A stretch of 64,000 bases of DNA from an uncultured virus (IMG/VR IMGVR_UViG_3300025099_000013) (taxonomy: Duplodnaviria; Heunggongvirae; Uroviricota; Caudoviricetes): the IMG/VR virus record IMGVR_UViG_3300025099_000013. The stretch is one strand, 5' to 3'. Below are positions 9,985 to 21,800 of this stretch, piece by piece. Numbering within the stretch: the stretch's first letter is position 1; each line of letters starts with the position of its first letter. A program made the translations under genes and the position numbers. The notes under the pieces are model-generated. The model ran no database searches and was not told the origin of the DNA. It saw only the letters and a list, made by a program, of their open reading frames with translations.

Positions 9985-12842
9985 TGGCAAAAATGGGTGG
10001 TGCAAGGACCTTTTTTACGGTCTATGCGTCTATTAAATCAGAACAAATCCTAGATGATGCTAACGCTCTAGGTGCTGTACTAACTGCTGTATTTACCGAT
10101 GCGGTAGAAGGTATGATGATTGCTTTCGAGGAAGTATTCATGGGTATTCAACAATGGAATGATGCTCTAATGGACTTAGCAGAGCCTATTGAAATGGCTA
10201 CTATACATTTTGAAAAGTTTTTCGATGAAGTATCACCCGAAGTAAAGCAATTAGAACAAGATATAATGAGCATAGGTGCAGCCTATAATCAATCAGCAGC
10301 AGAATCTCTAGAAGCAGCAGCAACAATGGCACAGTTAGGTAATGTTATAGGCGGTCAACCTGCACAGGGGGCTGCAAGAGAAGGTGCTATGCTGTTAGGT
10401 GCGGTCGGTATGATGGAAACAGAGGCCGCTATGTCTGCACTAACACAACTTCAACTTCAAACCAACTATATGTATAACGGTCTTACTAGGGCTCAGAGAG
10501 AATTACTTACAGAAGAAGAGGAAAGAGCATTTGTTTTAAGTAATACAATAGGACTTGTTGATAAATTAAATGAAGTGGAAAATAAAAGCGGTGCAACAAT
10601 ACAGAACCTCATAGGTGCTATGAATCAGTATGCTTCGGCAGCGACAATAGTAAATACATCATTAGACGAGCAGATTGCTTTAGGTGCAACACTTATCGAA
10701 CAAGGTGAACAATCCTCTAAGGCTGGTCGTGGTATCAAACAGATGCTTGCTAGATTAGCGTCTGATAGGTCACAGAACAATGCTTTGTTAGCAGAGTATG
10801 GTGTTGCTGTTAAAGATAGTAACGGTAATATGTTCACTTTAATGGATGTTATGGACCAACTAAAACCAAAATGGGATGAAATGAACTCTTCCCAACAGAC
10901 TAATATTGCTATCGGTGTTGCAGGTGCTCACCACTATGTTAGATTCATTAAGTTAATGGAAGGTTATGATAGGGCAGTTGAGATAATGGCTGATTCCCAA
11001 AACTCAATGAATAGTGCTCTTTTAGAATACGAAGTGTTTCAAGAAAATGCTATGTATCAAACACAACAATACGAAAAAGAAATAGACTTACTAAACTATG
11101 CTATTGCAGAAAAACTAATCCCCTCGACATTAAGAGCAACCCAAGTTAATTATATGTTTGCACAGGCTAGATTATTAATATCAGAAGGTCCTCTGTTTGA
11201 AGAAGCGAATACATGGGCTATGATAGCATCAGCAACATTCGAGGCTATGAAAGGTGTTATGGCATTCAGCCTAGCAGTAGTTACTGTTGGTGTTGCACAG
11301 AAAACACTATTAGCACAAGCGGTAAAACGAACAAGACTTCAACAAATTGCTGCTAGTTATAGTCAGGTGGAGGCAGACTCATATAAAGGTAAAGCACAGG
11401 CAGAAGCATTACTTATTAGATTAAGAAATGATGGGTTATTGCAGCATCTTAATGAAAATCAATTACAAAAACTAAGAATATCCGCTTACGGGGAAGAAAC
11501 CTTAGCAAATGCTCATAAAACAAATACTTTAATTTACCACAACCAACTAAGAGCAAGTGAATTAGCGATATTAGAACAGGGTGTTATGGCAACTCAACAC
11601 AAGAATCTAGAGCATAGGGCTTCAACTATATTAGGTCAACAAACAATAACACAACAATTCAAAATCCTTGAGATGGATGGAATGAGTCTAATACAAAGTG
11701 AAGCAAAATTAGCATTGTTAAGAGAACAAGAAAGGAGTATTCTCCATATGATAGCGGAAAAAGAGACAGAGTTATTAGTAGATAAGACTTTGACAGATTC
11801 ACAAAGGGCTGCATTACAAGTTAGATTACAAACTCTACAAGTAGAAAAAACTCTTAATGCGGAGAGTATAAGACTAGCACAGGCTAGGATTTTGTTAATG
11901 GATAACGAGTTAGTTAAAACATATGCAGTAGGGAGAAGTAAAGCAGAGTATATTAAAATAACAACCGTTAAACAAAGGCAAGAGATTTCAGAAGCAATAG
12001 GTAACTATGCACTCGCAGCATCACAAGAAGGAGCAAATCTTGCTTTACTAAAAGGTATTGATATTAAAATACTAGACGCTGCTCTAAGACAAGCAGTAAT
12101 AAAAGGTGCTATGACAGAAGCACAAGCACAGGTCTTACTAGCAGGTGCAATAAATAAGGTGAATAACATGAAAATGATTTCAATGCAAGTTGCTATGGGG
12201 TGGACTAATGCTTTTATGCTCGCTTCTATGGGTGTTATGTTTTTCGCAGAAGGAGCAGATGCAGCAGAAGCATCGGCCATGTTAATGACCTTCGCATTCA
12301 TACCTATGATTGCTATGACAGTCTCTGCTACTGGTGCTATGACAGCACTAGGTACTAAAATGGCTTTTGCTACTTTGGGGTTGTCCGTATTTTTAGGAGC
12401 CGCTGCCTTAGCAATTGCTAAAGAAAAGGACTTATTCGGTAGTGTTGGTACAGACATGGAAGCACAGATGGATAGAGTTGAAAAAGATTCTGCCGAAGTA
12501 CAAAGAATGCTTGAAGAACATGAGGCACAAACAGAAGCATGGATGACGACAGGAATGTTAGGAGCAGATGGTATGGCAGAATCAATAGATAATGCTACTG
12601 CTTCAATAGCAAAGTTTGATGATAAAAGACTAGAAGTATTCTTCGGTGGAAGAAGGTCTGCTATGGATGCTGCTATGTTCCAAGAATTAAAACAAAACGG
12701 TGTCGAGAACTTATACTTTGCCCCCGAAGTAAGCGTGGTTAATAACTTTCACGGTCTTACTATGGATGAAGCAACAGACCAGATAGGAGAAAGGATAGCA
12801 GATTCACTTAAGACAAGTGGTGTGTATCAGAGATTAGCATAG
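9984..12842 (+). CDS. Tail tape measure protein
   Basis: 952 aa, Ala-rich and helical, with a TP901-type core (G..SSKAGRGIKQMLARL, GVAVKDSNGNM) and C-terminal hydrophobic segments. Confidence 0.9.
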   Translation: MAKMGGARTFFTVYASIKSEQILDDANALGAVLTAVFTDAVEGMMIAFEEVFMGIQQWNDALMDLAEPIEMATIHFEKFFDEVSPEVKQLEQDIMSIGAAYNQSAAESLEAAATMAQLGNVIGGQPAQGAAREGAMLLGAVGMMETEAAMSALTQLQLQTNYMYNGLTRAQRELLTEEEERAFVLSNTIGLVDKLNEVENKSGATIQNLIGAMNQYASAATIVNTSLDEQIALGATLIEQGEQSSKAGRGIKQMLARLASDRSQNNALLAEYGVAVKDSNGNMFTLMDVMDQLKPKWDEMNSSQQTNIAIGVAGAHHYVRFIKLMEGYDRAVEIMADSQNSMNSALLEYEVFQENAMYQTQQYEKEIDLLNYAIAEKLIPSTLRATQVNYMFAQARLLISEGPLFEEANTWAMIASATFEAMKGVMAFSLAVVTVGVAQKTLLAQAVKRTRLQQIAASYSQVEADSYKGKAQAEALLIRLRNDGLLQHLNENQLQKLRISAYGEETLANAHKTNTLIYHNQLRASELAILEQGVMATQHKNLEHRASTILGQQTITQQFKILEMDGMSLIQSEAKLALLREQERSILHMIAEKETELLVDKTLTDSQRAALQVRLQTLQVEKTLNAESIRLAQARILLMDNELVKTYAVGRSKAEYIKITTVKQRQEISEAIGNYALAASQEGANLALLKGIDIKILDAALRQAVIKGAMTEAQAQVLLAGAINKVNNMKMISMQVAMGWTNAFMLASMGVMFFAEGADAAEASAMLMTFAFIPMIAMTVSATGAMTALGTKMAFATLGLSVFLGAAALAIAKEKDLFGSVGTDMEAQMDRVEKDSAEVQRMLEEHEAQTEAWMTTGMLGADGMAESIDNATASIAKFDDKRLEVFFGGRRSAMDAAMFQELKQNGVENLYFAPEVSVVNNFHGLTMDEATDQIGERIADSLKTSGVYQRLA

Positions 12843-12852
12843 TGGTGAATAG

Positions 12853-15800
12853 ATGACAAGATTTTTAATGCAGTATGATTCGCAAACTCCTTTAGTGAGT
12901 GATAATACTAATCCATTCCCCTCGGATTATGAATTATGGCTTACAGGATATTGGGAAGATTTTACATCATCATTTTGTGAGCCGGAAGCGAGTTCAAATA
13001 AAATGGAACATGAAAAAACACATTTTGGAAATCCAATGAACTCAGAATCAAGACTAAATCCTTATTACAGATTTTCATACATAGATAGGGTAGCGACTTA
13101 TTGGACTAAGAATTACACACTATCAGATTCAAGCGTATTCACTGCTAACAGGTCTAGTGGTATGGTTACTAATGATATGAACCTACTACATAACGAAGGA
13201 ATACACGAGTTTCTTACCATAGACTTAACAAGACTTGGTAAAGGAAGAGCGTATTCTTCTATAATAAATAATGAATACTTAGATAGTCATGCTCATAGTA
13301 ATAGGTATAAATACGCAGGTGATGGTACAACTGAAAGTTATATCAAAGCAAATGCAAGCCACAATGGTACAGGGTCTTATTGGATTGGTAGTGGTCAAAC
13401 AGATGCAAGTTTTGGAAGAGCAGATAAGAAACAATATGTATTTCACAAAGATGCTGGAGTTCCTTCATTATCAATAACAGTAAGTAATGATAAAGTAAGT
13501 GCAATAGCATATAAATTAGACAGTAGCAACGAAACATCAGTATCGGATGTGGATAAAAACCATATTCAATTTACTTCGTCAGTAGTGACTTGTGGAGTAT
13601 TTAGTACGGAAAATGGACTAAGCACTTTACTATCAGCGAGCACATGGGATGCCGAAGATACTAACGCTAATGTTTTAGGTGCTGAAATAAAATCCCCATC
13701 CCGAACACCATTCCTCGCTATTAGGCACACTAAACCCGCATCATTAATTCTTCAAGGTGCTACTACTGCTAACGGAAGTAGCGTATCGGATGACCAAGGA
13801 GACGGTGTATGGTTCTATGGTGGTCATACTAGAGGACTACACCCAGCAACCGTAGGAAATCAAAGCAAACATCTTAGGGTCGGTGATATAGTGCAAGTTG
13901 GAGCCGATAAGCATTGTGTGATACAAGAAATAGACCATAAAAAGAATGCGATAACAAAATTATTTAGCATAACAAATAATGCTTTAGTTGATATAGATAA
14001 ATACAAGCCAACCCATGCTTCTTATATAGGCTCACCTGCTGCACCTACAGCAGTTCCTCTTCGTAAATGGTTTGAGCCTGTTATTGGTTATGATGGAGAC
14101 TTAAATTGCTTTGGAGATGGTGATACATTTCATCTTCGACTCTGCCCGTTAAGTATGGATAATAAAGGATTGCCGGACACAACAAGGGCAAGCCACTACG
14201 CTATACGAGTAGGGTACGACAGAAGCAGAATTGACTGGACTTCAAGGGGCAATAGGTATAACCATATAGGTTCTGACTATAATCCTTCACAATCTATATC
14301 AGCAATAGAGTTTGAATTACAACTAGGCACTATTAATGATGCAGCAGATACATTAGAGCATGGTATGAATGTTGTAAGGTCACAAACATTCCCTAATGCA
14401 ATAAAGGATAATCACAAAGAAGCATTTATCGACTATGACGCAACAAGTACGGTCAGTACCCCAAACTATTCTAATGAGTGGGAACATTGGGCTGATATTG
14501 ATGTGGTATTAGACTTCACTAACCAAAGATATAAGGTCTATCTTGATGGTTACGAAGGAGGTACATTTAGTTTCGAGACTAAACCTTCGGGCGGTGCTTG
14601 GGTGGCATCAGATTTTTACGGTTGGCATATTGACCATGGAGTAACACAGACAACCTTTTCTTCTTCACAAACAAACTCATTTCAAGGTGGTAAATATTGG
14701 GGATTTGAGTCAGAAAAAACAAGAACATACTACCATCTTATAGACAGGGTTGGTTTAATACATGAAATAACACATCCGGTAGGGGATAGTCCTAATGGTA
14801 TATCTTCACTAAGCGACCTAAGTATAGATAAATTAAATATGAGTTTAGAAATAGATGCTTCTAGTTTATTAAGAGTAAATATTATTGACGATGATAATGA
14901 AAGAAAGGTACAGGACATATTAACATCAACACCTTCTGAATGGTCAGTTGCTTTGTTTAGAAATGATATTGACTCAGTATCTTGGTACGGCTATCTTGAT
15001 TCTGTAAGAATTAAACAAGACGCAAGAAGCAGAACCAAAGAAATTGAATTAACGGCTTACGATGCACTAAGTAAAATAGAGTCTTTAATCCCCCATTGGG
15101 AAGTAGGACAGAATGAAGATTTTGGACCTTCGACAGATTATGTGTATAGAAGGCAAGAAGCAGAAATGGTAACTGAGAATTTATTTTTAGGTGCTAGAAG
15201 ATTAATGCGTGGTGCATCAAGTATAGGTATGGACCACCAAACAAGGTCGCTTCACCCATTCGATAGTGATGATGAGATAGGAGCAGTACAAGGAAGGTAC
15301 GGCGCAAGATACGACCAAAGAACAAGATTATTTTCTTCTAACCCAATACAAATGTATTTAGGAGAAGATAAGTTTATGCCTTCTGCCTCTAAAGATTTCT
15401 TCAATAAAGCACAAACAGCAAAAACTTCTAGTAATGCTATTTGGAAACAGTGGAATACGAGCAAAATAATAGGATTCAGTGATGGTTCTTATCACGACCC
15501 ATCATACATAATAGCACACTGTATAGAGCATAATTTAGAAGTGGATGATACGTTTAAGATATACAACGAAGGCTCACTAAATAAAGATGATTCTTCATCC
15601 ACAGGACTAAACCCATTCACTAGAAAAACAACAAGTGAAGATGGTATGACCATTATTGTTAAGAAAATTATAGATGATAACCATTTTGCCTTTACATATA
15701 GCGAAGGTAATATATTCGGATTCGGTAGCACAAACACTGATGGGTGGATTGAAAGCGGCTCAGACACATACCCTGTTAGAGCAGAACCTCCTTCGTGGTG

Positions 15801-18800
15801 GTCTATAATAAGAAGGCCAAGAAATGTAGGTGGTTTAGGAGAAGGAGATAAACAATACTATACTTCAGCAGAAAGTAATAGCGGGGCTTGGGGTTGTCCT
15901 ATGTTTAGCGAGATAAAACATGATGGTGTGAACGTAAGTATTGCTAATGATTATCTTACAGCAATAAAACTAGATGACGCAGATGGGTTAAGAAAGTTTG
16001 ACCCTACATTAAGTGTTAGTTGGTCAGGGTATTTTTCAGAATCAATGTCTACTGCTGGATTGAGCACAACTGACAATATACACGCCTGTGCAGTTGATTA
16101 CATGACCGCTATGTCTTTCGTTAATGAGCAAACTATCAATGACAACTTTGCAGACATAAAAATAGGATTAGCAGATGCGGGAGGTTATACCCAGACTTGG
16201 AAACCTGCTGGTCTAGTACCACTAGAAGCAAAAACTATGAAACAGATACATGACCCACATGGTTTAATAACGGTAGGACCTAGAAGTTGCTTTACCGAAT
16301 CACAAGGGGCAAGTGATACACCACTAGAGTACTTAAACTATAATACATCAAAAGAAAGAGGGCAGACACTTACAGTTATAGATGCTTATACTCGGTATTT
16401 TAGAACACATAATACTTCGGGTGGAGCGACACACGGCGGAGAAGTTATGACATTTCAAGGTACAGAAGATTCGTTCTTAACAATGATGATAAGGGGTAAT
16501 GATATAGACCAAATAGAACCTAATAACTTACCAACAATAGCAAGTTCTGATAATAAAACAAGTTCGGGTTATGGTAAAGAGTTTTCACAAGCAGGTGTTT
16601 TTACGGTCACAAATAAAACCACAGATTCAAGCGGAGATATATTTTCAGGTACTAATACAGCAGTAGCAAGCACACAACATAATCACATGAAGCACGTTAC
16701 GACTGCTGCATCTGTTACTTCCGGCAACGTGGTCACATGGACTATTGGGGCAGCAGCATTAAAATCATTCCCCAACACAGGATGGATTAGAGCATATAAT
16801 ACTGTTAGTGGTAATAGATGGTCTATGTATAAGATAACAGGAAGAGGAACAGACACCCTAATAACAAAGGCCGCAACTTCTTTAGGTATAGGTTATATGC
16901 GAGGACAACACGGAACTTCTAACATCTTAGGAACGCCTACAACTGCCGGAGGACAATACTTAGAACCTTGTGTGTACCCTGTAATATCCACAGCCCAAGC
17001 AATATTTACCCCACCATTAGCAAGACAAGCAAGAAGGAAATATAGAGCAGCACACGCTTCCTATATGCACGATATTGCATCTTCAATGTGGTTTAGAATG
17101 GTCTTTGGTATAATAGAACAACGTGCTTGGGGTACAGATGGACCACCACACTTTTCAACTGCTAGATTCCCTAATAGAAAAGCAGTAATAACTTCAAGCG
17201 GTAATGTAAGTATGTACGGTGATGTAGGACTTACCCCGAATGGCGGCTTAGTAGGAGGACATGATAGGAGGGACCACCAAGCAGCAGCACCGGAAATAGC
17301 AGAGCATCAATATTCGGATTACTTTGTTCTTACAGCAGATTTTGACCCTTCAACAGACAGTGCCATGACATTCAAACCTTATTGTTCAGTACCTATGCTA
17401 GATGAAAACTTTGAGGATGAAAGAAATAAAGATATAACTTTACAAGACCAACTAAATTATGATTACGGTACAGACCCTACTATGTCAATACCTTCAAGGG
17501 CTTGGGTTACTACTGGTAATAAAGGTACTCTAAACAATGGTGGGCTAATATTTGAATTAGATAATATAGATGGTACTTTAGATGTTGGGGCAGCAAGGTC
17601 AGCAAGAATGACAAGTTTTGCCGCAAATAGAGCAGGAAGCCCTATAAGTAATCCTACTTGGAATCACTATGAAATAACAAAAGTAGTTCAAGGGGAAATA
17701 CTAAACACAGGTGGACCTAATTCAGATAATTTACCTTACCCAAATGTAGGTAAGTATGCTAATCTAACTGGTGGATTATGGTTAAAACAATCAAATCACC
17801 CTGCTTGGTTACAGGCGGGTAATGTTAGAAATGGAGAAATATACCAAAAGGCTACTAATGAAAGGTCTAATAGAGATAATATACACAGTGGCAATCCTAG
17901 AGCGTGTGGCTATACTGCTTCGGGGGATTCATATACTACTGGCGGTCAAACAAGAAGCGGACCTTGGTTTGATAATGAAAAGTGGGCTGGATTACAAGCA
18001 GGTGATGTTATATTTGTTGGGAATACACAAGGGGCGGTACAGCAGCCACCAAGCGGTACAACGATGCAGTTTAATAACACTAGCAAAAAGATAGTTATTG
18101 ATAATGAATCGTATGTTAAAGAAAATACAGATAAGTTTAATATGAGAGATTTATATTCTTATAGATGGTACAAAGTATTAGTTGTTACAGGCTACTGGAT
18201 TCTTGTTTATCCCGCAGAAGTAGCAGAACAACAGATAAGGTTAGGCTTTAAGGCCGATGATATTGATAGAGATACAGACAAACTAAAGACTGATAACCCA
18301 TTAGCAGTAACTTATAGTGGAACACCCACTTCTGGTAGTATCAGAAGAGGTTTGACTAACCTAATATATCCCCATGCTCACCCTGTTGGTAAGATGACAG
18401 TAGAAGAAGATATACACCATAAATGGAGGCATAGTGGCTCTAGGTGGTATCACTATAATGTAGGCGTAACTGCTACTGGTGATATTCCGGGTAGTGTTAG
18501 GGGAAGTAGGGGTGTAACTAGCACTGCTACTAGTGGTTGGCATAACCAATTACAAAGAGCAAATGTTGCTGTTGCAGGTGAAAACCAATTCAAGAATAAT
18601 ATATTAAACTATGATGGTCATACTAATTCTAGCCTCGCTTACAACCAATACCCACTAGATACGCAAGGTGGGAATATATGCAAAGTATATGCAGGTGATA
18701 TTACAATAAGTGGAGTAAAGCATTTAACTAAACCCCATACAGCAGGTACGGTAGGGAGATTTAGAAGAATTAAGAATGATTTCAAACACATTTGGTTAAA

Positions 18801-21800
18801 TTGGGCTGACATGAGAAATGATGGCTCAGCAGACGCAGATGGAGGTTATAGACAAGATTCTTGGGGATTACTGTACCCAACAGAGGATAATTACGATGTT
18901 ACTATACTATCATCTGATTCACAAGAAGAATTAATATCACTAAAAATAGGAGCAGACATTGATTTATGGGAATTAGGTAAAACAGACCCATTCACAAGTG
19001 CAGTTTGGTCGGATAACTACACAAATACCATTACAGGTGATATAGTATCTCACCTACATAATTGGGAGTCTAAAGCAGGAGCACCTATTGCGGTTGATTC
19101 AAGTAAGTTTTTCAATCTTAACACCTATGCTAACAACGGGAAAATAGGAGATACCTCTGGTGGCTTAAAAGATATTGGGGAAACTATGTTAGAATCAGCA
19201 GGTGAGCCAGCACTTATGGATAGTTATTGGTGGGAAGCCCCACCGCACCCTTACAATGCTAAATATAGAATACAGTACGAACCAAATTGGAGATTCTTCA
19301 TAAATTATCAGACTAAAATGACATTACCTACTATTACAGATAAGCCCGTACTAATATTAGATTCTTCAAACTATTACAAAGGTAATACATTCCCCGACTA
19401 TTCTAATTATGGTGTTATAGAGCATAAAGAAACTGATGGGGATGATGTTTCTTACTATACTTACAAAACAGGAGGGTCGTTTGTTACAGACTATGATGAA
19501 ATATCCGCATCAGACGCTTCAAGACTATATACTCATTTTGGTTCAAGAAAAGTTGATATTGTTAATGATGAAACATTTGGAGTTTCGTTTGAAAATACTA
19601 TTATAGGCAATAACTCAATCCCTGAGTTAAATAAAGATAACGAACATTCAGTATATAGTAATTGGTCATCACTATATGGTTTATTTGCCCTAATGACAGT
19701 AGATGGATTTGTCGAAACAGCAGGTAATAATACTAAATGGGAACATGATAAAATGAGACTTCTTTGGCAAATGAGCAGAACAAAAACTTGGTTGAAAGGA
19801 AATAATATGCCTTTTAATTACGATATTAATAACGTACCTATAACTTATAGAATGGATAGTACACAATTAGGTGGTACTACCCTTGATAATTACGGTGATG
19901 CTTTAGACGCAAGGGGTAAAACATCCTTAAATATTATCCAAGCAGCAAGTAAGCAATCCGGACCCGGCTCGGCAGGTAATACAACAACATTCTTCTATAT
20001 GGTAGGTAAAGATAATAGGTTTGAGTTTAGACCGTCATACAAACAATCAACTGCACTAACAAGAAGTAATTTTATAAAGTCAAATGTAACTGTAGAAGGT
20101 ACAGGACAGATAACTAACGTAAGGGTTGTGTATAATGGTGGTGCATCGTTTGTGGATTATCCTAAACCAATTTCAGGAGCAGACAATAACTTAAGATGGA
20201 AAACTTTACAAGCATGGAGTATTTCATCCCCTAATCAAGCATTAGTCATGGCTAAATCAGAATACAACAAAAATAAAGAGAAAAACTATACTGTTGATGC
20301 GACTATAATAGGAACAACAGGTTCACATAACCCTATGACTTCCGGCGGTAGGTTTGGTTACATATCCACACCACTAATACAATCAATGCCCGATGGATTA
20401 CATACTTACTCGACATTATTCCCACATAGTAATTTAGGTGGTGCGATTATAGGTGGGAGACAAAATGCTATGGATGGTAATCTCGATGGTATAATATATT
20501 CCGGCAGAACACAATCACAAGGAGCAAGTAACCAAACAAATACACATGGAGATGCTTGGGATGAAATATACATAGGAAGTAAAAGGGATTGGGAATATTT
20601 AGAAGAAGGTGTTGGTTATCATGGCTCTGGTTCTTGTAATGTCTATGATATGCACGACACAAATCACACAGGACAATATGCTCCATACGGTGTAAATTGT
20701 ATAGAAAAGGCACTTCAAATAGTCCACATCCCTAAGAATGCTCCTAAAGTGAGTACAAGCACAGGTAATGAATTAAGAGTATTTATAACACACGCTTCAA
20801 ATACTGCTAACGAAACACATTATAGAATATGGTTAATAGATGCACCATTTGATGCACAGAGAACTATCAATACTACCTTAGCACCTAGTAATATTGTATA
20901 TCTTGATGTAAAAGGTAATGGGTTTTACGAAATAGCATTCCCACAATCATACGGGGGCGATTCAACAAGCAGAATCATAGTATCATTTAACGCAGAATAT
21001 TGTGATGACTTACTAAAATATAGAAGTAATAATAGTATATCGAGTAAATCTAACAAAGGTAATAGAATATCAGCAATACCCGATGTGGCAACATCAGTAT
21101 TAGACCTTTCGCATGGCAATCCTGTTAATGAAGGTTCAGCCTTCCCGCTAGGATTATCCCTATATTACAGACCACTAGGTAGTGAAGATTCACAAGGCCG
21201 TCAAGGACCACTATGGCATCTTAGACCAAGAGCTCTATACTATGCTTCTAGGATTGAAATAGTTGATGACTTTGTGTATAGACCTGCAAGAACAATAACA
21301 TATACAGATGCTAACCTAAACATAAGTAGTGATAATCTAATGATAAATAGGGTAGTATGGAATGAAAGACCATATAACAAGTGCGAGGTAAAATTAGTAT
21401 TACAGAAAAATGAATCGCAATCATTACTAAACCCACTATTACCTGCACCTAAACCTATACAAGATATAGGCGGTCAAGATGGGAATGAAGTTGGTGATGA
21501 AGGAGGTCATGGTTCTGATGTTGATGATGACAGAAAAGAAGGTTATGGGGATTATGACGCATCTATAATTACAAACAGGGGTATTGGTAAAAACCATAAT
21601 GTTGTTAGTGGGTACTCGTCAAGACATATAAAACAAAGTAACATAGAAGGTATGCCTGACCAATTCACAGACAGTATAGGTTCTCTAAAGACTAAATCAA
21701 AAATAAGTATAAACAGACTAAGCAGAGGTTCTCTAAATAGTATTAGAGGTAAGACAGATTTAGATTTGAAACTTGGTGGTAAAACAGGCTTATTAGGATT